Below are positions 19,170-27,842 of a stretch of DNA of 64,000 nt, piece after piece. Source of the stretch: an uncultured Bacteroidales bacterium (lineage in GTDB: Bacteria > Bacteroidota > Bacteroidia > Bacteroidales > Muribaculaceae); contig CAMWNG010000003.1 in assembly GCA_947175575.1 (NCBI GenBank), forward strand, positions 9,796 through 73,795, written 5' to 3'. Below the pieces are notes generated by a model. That model saw nothing but the letters and a program-made list of their open reading frames with translations. It was not told where the DNA came from and searched no databases. Each line of letters opens with the position of its first letter. Positions within the stretch are counted from its first letter, which is position 1. A program made the position numbers and the translations under genes.

Positions 19170-20191
19170 TTCTCAGCTTTTTTAAGTTCGACACGGGCTC
19201 CGTCCGTGAGACGAGTCTGACCCGATATAACGACGGTGTCTCCATCTTCGATGCCGGAAAGAAGTTCGTATGTGTCGCCGATGCGCTCTCCGAGCTCGAC
19301 ATGGCGGAAATTAACCGTGCCATTATTATATGTATATACATACTTCTGGGCTGAACCGGTCTGTTTCACGACGGCTCGGTCAGGCACAACCACGTTGTCC
19401 TGCGCACCGACATTCATGGATACGCGGGCGAACATACCCGGAAGAATCTTGGCGGAAGGATTCTGAACGGAAACCTCGACCGGCAGAGTGCGCGAAGCGA
19501 CATCAATAGCGGGAGAAACTCGGGACACACGTCCTTGGAAAGTCTCGCCCGGAAAGGCATCGAAAGTGAGTTCGACATCCATTCCACCCTTAACATGCGC
19601 AACATCCGACTCGTTTACGTTTATAACGGCTTTCACAGCTGGAGTAATCTGCCCCACAGTAAGGATTGGAAGCTGTCCGGACATATCGCCGGGGTCATAA
19701 TTGCGTGCGGTCACCACACCGTTGATCGGAGACGTCAGCACAGTATTGGTCATCGCGTTCTCATATTGGGAACGCTGGGCATCCATCTGGGCCTTTAGTT
19801 GATCGACCTGACGCTGCGTACCGGCACCGATGTTGAGAAGTTCAACTGCACGGTTATACTCACGTTCGGTATTCTCGAGATTTATCCGAAGCTGATCAGC
19901 AGTTGACGAATCAAGCGTGGCGAGCACCTGTCCGCGCCGGACCTGATCACCGACATCCACGCGGATCTCCTTGATGCGGTTCATTGTTGCGGGGGAGATG
20001 TTGTTGATGTTCTCAGCCTCGATGTTTGCTGTATAAGAACGGGAATGCTGCACTGTCTGTGAGTGAGCCAACCCGACTTCGACGATTGGAAGTTCTTCTT
20101 CAGCAATGGCCGCGGTCTCTATATCTTCCGACTTGGAGCCGCATGAGGCGAGTGTTATCATCGCGGCAATCGCCGCAGGGTATATCTTCAT
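19166..20191 (-). CDS. efflux RND transporter periplasmic adaptor subunit
   Basis: Lipoprotein-type signal (ASCGS), coiled-coil hairpin and beta-barrel segments of the HlyD/MFP family. Stop overlaps the permease start. Confidence 0.9.
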   Translation of the reverse strand: MKIYPAAIAAMITLASCGSKSEDIETAAIAEEELPIVEVGLAHSQTVQHSRSYTANIEAENINNISPATMNRIKEIRVDVGDQVRRGQVLATLDSSTADQLRINLENTEREYNRAVELLNIGAGTQRQVDQLKAQMDAQRSQYENAMTNTVLTSPINGVVTARNYDPGDMSGQLPILTVGQITPAVKAVINVNESDVAHVKGGMDVELTFDAFPGETFQGRVSRVSPAIDVASRTLPVEVSVQNPSAKILPGMFARVSMNVGAQDNVVVPDRAVVKQTGSAQKYVYTYNNGTVNFRHVELGERIGDTYELLSGIEDGDTVVISGQTRLTDGARVELKKAEK

Positions 20192-20199
20192 AATGTAAA

Positions 20200-21600
20200 T
20201 TATTTGTTTTCGTATTGTTGAACGGGAGCATTGCCGAGCAGAAGTTCAAGATCGCTGTCGGCTACCATATAATTATATATGGCCTGAAGGAGCGCGAGAC
20301 GCGCCCGGGTAAGGGAGAGTTCACTGTCTCGAAGGTCAAGATATGTTGTGGCTCCAATCTCAAAACTCTTCTGCTGGATGTCATGAGCCCGTTCGGCTTC
20401 ACGGACACTCTCGCGACTGGAAGCTATCTGCTTCACATTGAGCGTGATGTTCTCTATGGCCAGACGTGCCTGCATGTCGAGTGTCCTGTTAAGGTTCTGC
20501 CTGGTATATGCCATCTGCTCCAACTGAATCTCCGCCTGCCGTATACGGCTCAGGCGCTGACCACCTTGATATAATGGAATCGAAAGACTGAGCCCTACCA
20601 TCGAATAAGACGTCCATCGGAAGTTCTTGAAGGGCGATCCGTTGCTTGATGAGTTCCAGTTATAATTTCCACCAAACCCGAGCGTAGGCCATAAAGAAGA
20701 TTTCTGCACCTTAAGAGCCTGGCGTAGATTTTTGGTGTCAATATCATTCATTATCAGAGTCGTATTGTTGGACAAATCCGGATTTAAGTCAAGTACTTTC
20801 TCATACATTCCTGACTCGTAGTCAGAGAGATCACCGACCGTGGTGAATTGGGTTTCTGATTCGATACCCATCAGTATGGCGAGCTGCAATGAGGCCCGGC
20901 TTACAGCGATATCGCACTGTATGAGTTCAGGCTCTATGTTCTTCATGGCTACCGACGTGCGGAGGACTTCGTACTCCGAAGCGTCACCGGCCGCCAGCCT
21001 TTTGGTATAGATATCGTGGGTCAGAGCGGCCATATCATAGCTCTCTTTCACAACGCGTTGCGAATCCTTGGCGAGCTGGAGTGCATAATACGCGTTCTTT
21101 ACCTGATTGACAAGATCAAGACGCGACGCCCTGGCTTGTTCGAGCGAGCGCGCTATCTGAATATCCCCTAATTTAAGCGAAGCCCAAAGCTGTGGAGCCA
21201 CAAGCGGTATCGAGGCCTGAAATCCAAGCGAATACATATTGTCTCGTCCAACCTTGAAACCGTCGTTCATCGAACGTGAAGTCTGAGCCTCCTCACCTGA
21301 GCCGGAAGAATCACCTCCGCCGGGCATCATGTCTCCGAACGCGTCAAAGTCCATATATGTCACCTGCTTCTGCAAAGTTCGGTTATAACTTCCGTCAAAG
21401 GACAATGACGGCAAAAGTTGTCCGAGCGTTTCCTTACGTGAATAATCCGCTTTGGTTATATCCATATCCGCAATGCGCACTGTCGGATTCTGACTCAAGG
21501 CGACTGCCAGACATTGGTCAAGTGTGAGTTCCTGAATCTGACCGTTAACGGTAAATGTAGTCAATAGTGCGGCCAAGATCCATGTTCCAAAAAATCTCAT
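20200..21600 (-). CDS. TolC-family outer membrane efflux protein
   Basis: Two-fold repeated OEP pattern. I chose the ATG at 21598-21600 (MRFFGTWILAALL signal peptide). The 44 extra codons of the track ORF cover the promoter box. Confidence 0.88.
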   Translation of the reverse strand: MRFFGTWILAALLTTFTVNGQIQELTLDQCLAVALSQNPTVRIADMDITKADYSRKETLGQLLPSLSFDGSYNRTLQKQVTYMDFDAFGDMMPGGGDSSGSGEEAQTSRSMNDGFKVGRDNMYSLGFQASIPLVAPQLWASLKLGDIQIARSLEQARASRLDLVNQVKNAYYALQLAKDSQRVVKESYDMAALTHDIYTKRLAAGDASEYEVLRTSVAMKNIEPELIQCDIAVSRASLQLAILMGIESETQFTTVGDLSDYESGMYEKVLDLNPDLSNNTTLIMNDIDTKNLRQALKVQKSSLWPTLGFGGNYNWNSSSNGSPFKNFRWTSYSMVGLSLSIPLYQGGQRLSRIRQAEIQLEQMAYTRQNLNRTLDMQARLAIENITLNVKQIASSRESVREAERAHDIQQKSFEIGATTYLDLRDSELSLTRARLALLQAIYNYMVADSDLELLLGNAPVQQYENK

Positions 21601-21627
21601 GTATGATATAGTTAATTTTTGAGCCTG

Positions 21628-21635
21628 CAAATATA
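21628..21635 (-). promoter_or_regulatory. -7 promoter box (TATATTTG) for the efflux operon
   Basis: The reverse complement of caaatata matches TAnnTTTG, 28 nt upstream of the chosen TolC ATG. Confidence 0.45.
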
Positions 21636-21771
21636 GCAAAATAATTATACAAGAATCATGCAAAAGGAAAAATCGCACAATTTTGTAGAATAAAAGGACA
21701 GTATTTATAATGCGCTGAAAATTGTGGATCAAAAGATAGGCATGATATTATGTAAATTCCGCATTTTTTAG

Positions 21772-21779
21772 TAAGTTTG
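21772..21779 (+). promoter_or_regulatory. -7 promoter box (TAAGTTTG) for the Fur-family gene/purA
   Basis: Exact TAnnTTTG match 9 nt upstream of the ATG at 21788, implying a very short leader. Confidence 0.4.
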
Positions 21780-21787
21780 CAGTGCAA

Positions 21788-22273
21788 ATGCATAGCAAAC
21801 GTACGACAGCCTCGGCTGAGGAAAAATTTGACGATTATCTGCGACAGCATCATCGCAGACGCACCGATGAGAGAAAAACCATCCTGCACACCGTCATGAA
21901 GCTCGACGGACATTTCACCGCCGAGGATCTTTGTGCACGTATGCGCGAGGCAGATTATCCCGTTTCGGTAGCCACTGTCTATTCAACTCTGGAACTGCTC
22001 GTGGACTGCGGACTCGTGGTAAAACAGCGTTTTTCCGAAAAGGCGACTTGTTATGAGGTTGCGTCGGCCGGAAGTTCTCCCACTCATCATCATCTGATAT
22101 GCAGCGTGTGCGGAAAAATCAAGGAAGTGCGCGACTCCGCAATCACTGATCTGCTAAATTCACGAAGATACACCGGATTCTCGCCTCGCAGCTACGCGCT
22201 GACGATATACGGTATATGTACGGCTTGCAGCCGCAAATCCAAAAATAAGAAATCACAAAAAACACATTCTTAA
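21788..22273 (+). CDS. Fur-family transcriptional repressor
   Basis: Winged-helix region (ATVYSTLELLVDCGLV) and two CxxC pairs (CSVCG, CTAC). The track start at 21782 is a GTG and the ATG lies two codons later. Confidence 0.8.
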   Translation: MHSKRTTASAEEKFDDYLRQHHRRRTDERKTILHTVMKLDGHFTAEDLCARMREADYPVSVATVYSTLELLVDCGLVVKQRFSEKATCYEVASAGSSPTHHHLICSVCGKIKEVRDSAITDLLNSRRYTGFSPRSYALTIYGICTACSRKSKNKKSQKTHS

Positions 22274-22281
22274 CTAAGATA

Positions 22282-23559
22282 ATGAAAGTCGATGTTCTAT
22301 TAGGCCTCCAATGGGGCGACGAAGGTAAAGGAAAAGTTGTTGACGTGCTTACTCCGCGATATGATATCGTAGCACGTTTTCAGGGAGGACCCAACGCCGG
22401 TCACACTCTTGAATTCGACGGACGTAAAGTGGTGCTCCGCTCCATACCCTCCGGCGTTTTTCAGGGAAATGTGAATGTCGTGGGTAACGGCGTAGTTCTT
22501 GACCCTGTATTGTTCGCGGCAGAAGCCCGGGAACTCATCGAGACCGGTACTCCGTTGCGGGACATCCTGAAGATAAGCAAGAAAGCGCATCTGATTCTTC
22601 CGACTCACCGTCTGCTCGACGCAGCAGGCGAGCGCGCCAAAGGTACAGCCAAAATCGGCACGACCGGAAAAGGCATCGGCCCTACCTACACCGACAAGAC
22701 ATCGCGTAACGGCCTCCGCGTAGGTGATACCCTCGAACCTGACTTCGAACAGCGGCTCAAAGCAGCAACCGACCGTCATCTCGATATGCTTGCCCGCCTG
22801 GACGCCACTCCGGATCCTGACAAACTTGAAAAACTTCAGAAGGAATGGCTTGAAGCCGTCGACTTCATACGTAATAATTTCGAGACAATCGATTCTGAAC
22901 ACTATATTAATAAAGCACTCAGTGAAGGCAAGACCATGCTTTGCGAAGGCGCACAAGGTACAATGCTCGATGTGGATTTCGGCTCTTATCCGTTCGTAAC
23001 TTCCAGCAACACCATCACAGCCGGAGCATGCACGGGTCTGGGTGTGGCACCGAACAAGATCGGAGATGTCTACGGCATTTTCAAAGCATATTGCACACGT
23101 GTAGGCAGCGGGCCGTTCCCTACGGAACTGTTCGACGAGACCGGAGCTGAAATACGTCGCATCGGGCATGAGTTCGGTGCTGTAACAGGCCGCGAACGCC
23201 GCTGCGGGTGGATAGATCTCGTGGCTCTGCGTTACGCCATCATGATCAACGGAGTGACAAAACTCATAATGATGAAGAGCGACGTGCTCGATACCTTCCC
23301 CACTATCAAAGCCTGCGTGGCATACGAAGTGGATGGTAAAGAAACACGGGATTTCCCCTACTCGATCGACGATCCGGAACGAGTACGTCCGATCTACAAA
23401 GAACTCCCCGGCTGGCAGTGCGACCTCACATCGGTAACATCACCCGACCAATTCCCTGAAGAATTCAAGAACTATATAGCTTTCCTTGAAAAAGAACTCG
23501 GAGTACCCGTGGCCATCGTATCCGTTGGCCCGGACCGCACTCAAACCATTGAACTCTAA
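22282..23559 (+). CDS. purA: adenylosuccinate synthase
   Basis: N-terminus GLQWGDEGKGKVVD, plus GTTGKGIGP and GVTKLIMMKSDVL. Confidence 0.97.
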   Translation: MKVDVLLGLQWGDEGKGKVVDVLTPRYDIVARFQGGPNAGHTLEFDGRKVVLRSIPSGVFQGNVNVVGNGVVLDPVLFAAEARELIETGTPLRDILKISKKAHLILPTHRLLDAAGERAKGTAKIGTTGKGIGPTYTDKTSRNGLRVGDTLEPDFEQRLKAATDRHLDMLARLDATPDPDKLEKLQKEWLEAVDFIRNNFETIDSEHYINKALSEGKTMLCEGAQGTMLDVDFGSYPFVTSSNTITAGACTGLGVAPNKIGDVYGIFKAYCTRVGSGPFPTELFDETGAEIRRIGHEFGAVTGRERRCGWIDLVALRYAIMINGVTKLIMMKSDVLDTFPTIKACVAYEVDGKETRDFPYSIDDPERVRPIYKELPGWQCDLTSVTSPDQFPEEFKNYIAFLEKELGVPVAIVSVGPDRTQTIEL

Positions 23560-23573
23560 CCAGACTAACCGAC

Positions 23574-24818
23574 ATGGCAAAAGTAAAACCATTCAAAGGC
23601 GTCCGACCACCCAAACATCTGGTCGAAAAAGTAGCCTCGCGCCCCTATGACGTTCTCAACTCAGAAGAAGCCCGTGCGGAAGCCGAAGGTAATCCTCACT
23701 CGCTTTATCATATCATCAAACCCGAAATTGATTTCACACCCGGAACGGATGAACACGACCCTAAGGTGTATGACAAAGCTGTAGAGAACTTTAACGCTTT
23801 TCAGACATCCGGCTGGCTGGTTCAAGACGACAAGGAACATTATTACATTTATGCGCAGACAATGGATGGCCGTACACAGTACGGAATCGTAGTGGCAGCC
23901 AATGTCGACGACTATATGTCCGGCGCCATCAAGAAGCACGAGCTCACCCGCCGAGACAAGGAAGAAGACCGCATGAAACATGTAAGGGTGCAGAACGCCA
24001 ATATTGAACCGGTATTCTTCGCCTTCCCCGACAACCGCGCCCTTGACCGCATCATAAAAGAGGTGACTATGGATGATCCCGAATACGATTTCATAGCTCC
24101 CGACGGATTCGGGCATACATTCTGGGTGGTGAAAGACGATGAACAGATTCAGGCAATCACCGATGCTTTCGCAAAGATTCCGGCCCTTTATATCGCGGAC
24201 GGACATCACCGCACCGCTGCCGCAGCTCTGGTCGGAAACGAAAAGGCACGTCTGAATCCTGAACACCGCGGCGACGAGGAATACAATTACTTCCTGGCAG
24301 TAGCATTCCCGGCCTCACATCTCAAAATCATAGACTATAACCGTGTAGTAAAGGATCTCAACGGGCTGTCTCCGGCTGAATTTCTCGAGAAACTCGAATT
24401 CAAATTCATTGTGAAAGACATGGGAACCGTTCCATACCGTCCGGAGAAGTTACACGATTTCAGCCTCTATCTTGAAGGACGATGGTATTCTCTCACAGCA
24501 CGCGAAGGCACCTATGATCCCGAAGATCCGATTGATGTTCTTGATGTGACCATTTCAAGCAAATACATTCTTGATCAGATTCTGGGAATTACTGACCTCA
24601 GAAGCGACAAACGTATTGATTTCGTCGGAGGCATACGCGGTCTTGAAGAACTCAAACGTCGCGTCGATTCGGGTGAAATGGCTATGGCACTGGCTCTATT
24701 CCCCGTTTCAATGGAGCAGCTCATCAAAATAGCTGACACGGGCAACATCATGCCCCCAAAAACCACATGGTTCGAGCCGAAACTGCGTTCGGGCCTTGTT
24801 ATCCACAAATTAGACTGA
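23574..24818 (+). CDS. DUF1015 domain-containing protein
   Basis: N-terminus KPFKGVRP...VASRPYDVL and the ADGHHR motif are typical of DUF1015. Confidence 0.8.
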   Translation: MAKVKPFKGVRPPKHLVEKVASRPYDVLNSEEARAEAEGNPHSLYHIIKPEIDFTPGTDEHDPKVYDKAVENFNAFQTSGWLVQDDKEHYYIYAQTMDGRTQYGIVVAANVDDYMSGAIKKHELTRRDKEEDRMKHVRVQNANIEPVFFAFPDNRALDRIIKEVTMDDPEYDFIAPDGFGHTFWVVKDDEQIQAITDAFAKIPALYIADGHHRTAAAALVGNEKARLNPEHRGDEEYNYFLAVAFPASHLKIIDYNRVVKDLNGLSPAEFLEKLEFKFIVKDMGTVPYRPEKLHDFSLYLEGRWYSLTAREGTYDPEDPIDVLDVTISSKYILDQILGITDLRSDKRIDFVGGIRGLEELKRRVDSGEMAMALALFPVSMEQLIKIADTGNIMPPKTTWFEPKLRSGLVIHKLD

Positions 24819-24826
24819 CTCAAATC

Positions 24827-25933
24827 ATGGACAATAATATCCCCGAAAGCCAGAATACTCCCAAACGGGAGACCGTAGTGAGCGGAATACGCTCAACCGG
24901 GAACCTTCATCTTGGCAATTACTACGGCGCACTGCGCAAATTCGTTGAAATCCAGGACAAGCACGATTGTAATTTCTTCATAGCCGATCTGCACGCGCTG
25001 ACAACTTCCACTGATCCGGCAGCGCTGCACGCTTCAGTTAAAAGCGTATTGGCAGAATACCTCGCCGCAGGTATAGATCCTGAAAAGGCCACTATTTTCA
25101 TTCAAAGCGATGTACCGGAAGTGTCAGAAATGTACCTGTTGCTGAACATGCATGTTGGTATAGGCGAACTGATGCGCACGGCCTCATTCAAGGACAAAGC
25201 CCGCAAAGCCCTCGGAATACATGTAGAAGCAGGTACTCCTGACGATTCCGACGAGGCGTTCGAGAAACAGATCATAGGTGCAGAGACAAACAAACGAGTG
25301 AATGCCGGTCTGCTCACCTACCCCACCCTCATGGCCGTAGACATTTTGATTCAGAAAGCCACGAAAGTCCCTGTCGGCAAGGACCAGCTCCAGCACCTTG
25401 AACTGACACGACGGTTCGCACGACGGTTCAACTCGTTTTACGGGGTTGACCTCTTCCCCGAACCCACCGATTTCAACTTCGGAGGAGCACCCATAAAGGT
25501 GCCCGGACTTGACGGCAGCGGAAAGATGGGCAAGAGCGAAGGCAACTGCATCTATCTTACGGATGATCCCAAAGTGCTCCGCAAAAAGGTAATGCGAGCC
25601 ACGACAGACGAAGGCCCGAAAGAGCCCAACTCTCCCATGAGCGAGCCTGTAGCGAATCTTTTCAGCCTGCTTGAACTCACATCAACTCCGGAAATCGTAA
25701 CACATTTCCGCGATGCTTATGCCGACTGTTCCATACGCTACGGCGATCTAAAAAAACAACTCGCAGAAGATATTCTGGCCATAACCAATCCCATACGCGA
25801 ACGCGTAGCCGATATAATGGCCGATGACAACTACTTGCGGCGCGTAGTGCGCGACGGTGCGGAACGCGCGCGCGCACGCGCGTCAGAAACGCTCAAAGAA
25901 GTGCGCCACATCATGGGCATCCGCCCGTTATGA
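24827..25933 (+). CDS. trpS: tryptophan--tRNA ligase
   Basis: HIGH-type motif (GNLHLGNYYG) and KMSKS-type motif (KMGKS). I chose the ATG at 24827, just after the DUF1015 stop. The track start at 24767 would overlap the upstream gene by 52 nt. Confidence 0.92.
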   Translation: MDNNIPESQNTPKRETVVSGIRSTGNLHLGNYYGALRKFVEIQDKHDCNFFIADLHALTTSTDPAALHASVKSVLAEYLAAGIDPEKATIFIQSDVPEVSEMYLLLNMHVGIGELMRTASFKDKARKALGIHVEAGTPDDSDEAFEKQIIGAETNKRVNAGLLTYPTLMAVDILIQKATKVPVGKDQLQHLELTRRFARRFNSFYGVDLFPEPTDFNFGGAPIKVPGLDGSGKMGKSEGNCIYLTDDPKVLRKKVMRATTDEGPKEPNSPMSEPVANLFSLLELTSTPEIVTHFRDAYADCSIRYGDLKKQLAEDILAITNPIRERVADIMADDNYLRRVVRDGAERARARASETLKEVRHIMGIRPL

Positions 25934-26685
25934 CCATGCTGCGCAAAATCACACTCACAGCTATCGGCTGCGCCTCGATTTTTTTCGGGGTCGCAGCCGA
26001 TATTTTCGACAGCCATGGATGTGCCGTGCGTATATCCGAGAATGAGAAGGTGATCTGGCCGGTATTTTCGGCCGACTCAGCGTTCGAAGGCGCACCGGAG
26101 GCTCTTGACGCTATGGAATGCCGTGGAATCAAAGGGTCATTCTTTTTCACAGGCAACTTCTTGCGCGATACCGCTCACCGCACGATAATCAATAGGGTAA
26201 TAAAAGGCGGACATTATGTAGGGCCCCATAGCGACGGACATCTGCTTTACGCGGACTGGGACCGCCAACGAACCGTGCTTGTCAGTTCGGACAGTCTCCT
26301 TGATGATATGAGGCATAATCTGGCCGAACTGGCACGTGCCGGAGTAGACACCTCATGTGTAAAGATCATCATGCCACCGTTCGAATGGATAGAAAGAAGT
26401 CAGACCGCACTCTTGCATGACTCCCTCGGATTAAAAGTGATAAACCCGACTCCGGGACTTGAGGTCTACCGCGATTACACAACTCCCGACATGTCGTACT
26501 ACTGGTCAAGCGAACGACTCCTTTCCCAAATGTATGAATTCGAACGCAAGGAAGGACTAAACGGAGTTGTATTCATCATGCACCTCGGAACACATCCGTC
26601 ACGCACAGACAAATTTTATCGCCATCTGCCGGAAATACTCGACTCACTTACCTCCCTCGGCTATCGGTTCGAACGGCTTCCATAG
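25930..26685 (+). CDS. polysaccharide deacetylase family protein (divergent NodB-like)
   Basis: Signal/anchor segment followed by GIKGSFFFTGNFL and HYVGPHSDGH motifs. Start overlaps the trpS stop (ATGA). Confidence 0.65.
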   Translation: MTMLRKITLTAIGCASIFFGVAADIFDSHGCAVRISENEKVIWPVFSADSAFEGAPEALDAMECRGIKGSFFFTGNFLRDTAHRTIINRVIKGGHYVGPHSDGHLLYADWDRQRTVLVSSDSLLDDMRHNLAELARAGVDTSCVKIIMPPFEWIERSQTALLHDSLGLKVINPTPGLEVYRDYTTPDMSYYWSSERLLSQMYEFERKEGLNGVVFIMHLGTHPSRTDKFYRHLPEILDSLTSLGYRFERLP

Positions 26686-27437
26686 AGGCGGTGAAAAAAG
26701 TGACCGACCATCAATGCGCCGCCTACGATGTTTCCGAGAGTGGCAAAAAACAGATTCTTACCCAAAGCTGCAAATGATACATCCGCACCGACCATCATTC
26801 CGCACGGAATGAAAAACATATTGGCAATGGCGTGTTCGTATCCGAGAGCGACAAACGCGGCCACAGGAATCCAACATGCCAGTGCTTTCCGCCCCATGGT
26901 ATCAGCCCCAAGCGCAAGCCACACGGCAAGACATACGCACCAGTTAGCCCCGATGCCGCGCAGGAAAGTGACGAGAGGGGACAAAGCGGCTTTAGTCTCT
27001 GCCATGCGTATTATCGCGCCGTGATATGGTTCGCTGTCCACCATACCGCAGCACACCACCATAAGGAAGGTGAAAAGCAACGCTCCCGCAAAATTTCCGA
27101 TCCATACCATAGTCCAATTGGTAATTACAGCACCGGGACCGATTCGACGCTCATTAACGGCCGGAATCAACAACGCGTTGTTGCCCGTGAACAGATCGGC
27201 ACCGAACATCACAACAAGAAACAGACCTATCGGAAACGCGAGAGCGCTTATCAATTTCTGCAATCCGGGATTTGCCGCCGAAAATTCCGGGAATCCGAAT
27301 CCTAAAATAAGGGACAAAACTCCGCCGAGAGAGATAAACACTCCGGCGAGGACTGAAAGCGCGAAAAGCCGACCGGGTTTCCGGACAGCTTTTTCAGTTC
27401 CGACTTCCACGGCTTTCTCTATCACCATCTTCTGCAT
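26661..27437 (-). CDS. formate/nitrite transporter (FNT) family protein
   Basis: Six-TM pattern with GADLFTGN and GNIVGGALMVG signatures. Confidence 0.88.
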   Translation of the reverse strand: MQKMVIEKAVEVGTEKAVRKPGRLFALSVLAGVFISLGGVLSLILGFGFPEFSAANPGLQKLISALAFPIGLFLVVMFGADLFTGNNALLIPAVNERRIGPGAVITNWTMVWIGNFAGALLFTFLMVVCCGMVDSEPYHGAIIRMAETKAALSPLVTFLRGIGANWCVCLAVWLALGADTMGRKALACWIPVAAFVALGYEHAIANMFFIPCGMMVGADVSFAALGKNLFFATLGNIVGGALMVGHFFHRLYGSRSNR

Positions 27438-27438
27438 A

Positions 27439-27840
27439 TCAACTTACGGCTATTAGTTCAACATCGAACACAAGAGTGGAACCTCCGGGTATTCCGGGTT
27501 GGGAAAATTTCCCATATCCCTGTTCAGCGGGAATATATATTTCCCATCTGTCACCGGGGTGCATCTTTGTAAGTGCGATCATCCAACCGGGGATAAGTTC
27601 GCGCAGACGGAATGCCGGTGCAACGCCACCACGGCTCGAATCGAACTTCTTTCCATTTATTGTCGATCCGGTATAATGCACGGTAACAACTGAATTCCGA
27701 TTCGGAACTGCACCTTGCGGATTCCCACTCTTTATAACCTTATAAAATACGCCTTTGTCAAGAGGCCTCACACCCGCCTCAGCCGATTTCTCGCTAAGCC
27801 AACGACGGTTTTTGTCAATATATTCCTGTTTGTTTGCCAT
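27439..27840 (-). CDS. FKBP-type peptidyl-prolyl cis-trans isomerase
   Basis: Motifs VTVHYTGSTINGKKFDSS and LVFDVELI. Confidence 0.9.
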   Translation of the reverse strand: MANKQEYIDKNRRWLSEKSAEAGVRPLDKGVFYKVIKSGNPQGAVPNRNSVVTVHYTGSTINGKKFDSSRGGVAPAFRLRELIPGWMIALTKMHPGDRWEIYIPAEQGYGKFSQPGIPGGSTLVFDVELIAVS

Positions 27841-27842
27841 AT

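Noticed and set aside
21601-21732. N-terminally extended starts offered by the track: tolC 21732, menD 7900, trpS 24767, rpsF 37773, TPR gene 53577, U32 56817, phosphatase 59689, nrdD 10960, Fur-family gene 21782.
   Set aside because: Most extensions run over a TAnnTTTG promoter box or into the upstream gene. Those of rpsF and nrdD begin at a TTG and that of the Fur-family gene at a GTG. All precede an obvious signal peptide or canonical N-terminus at an internal ATG.
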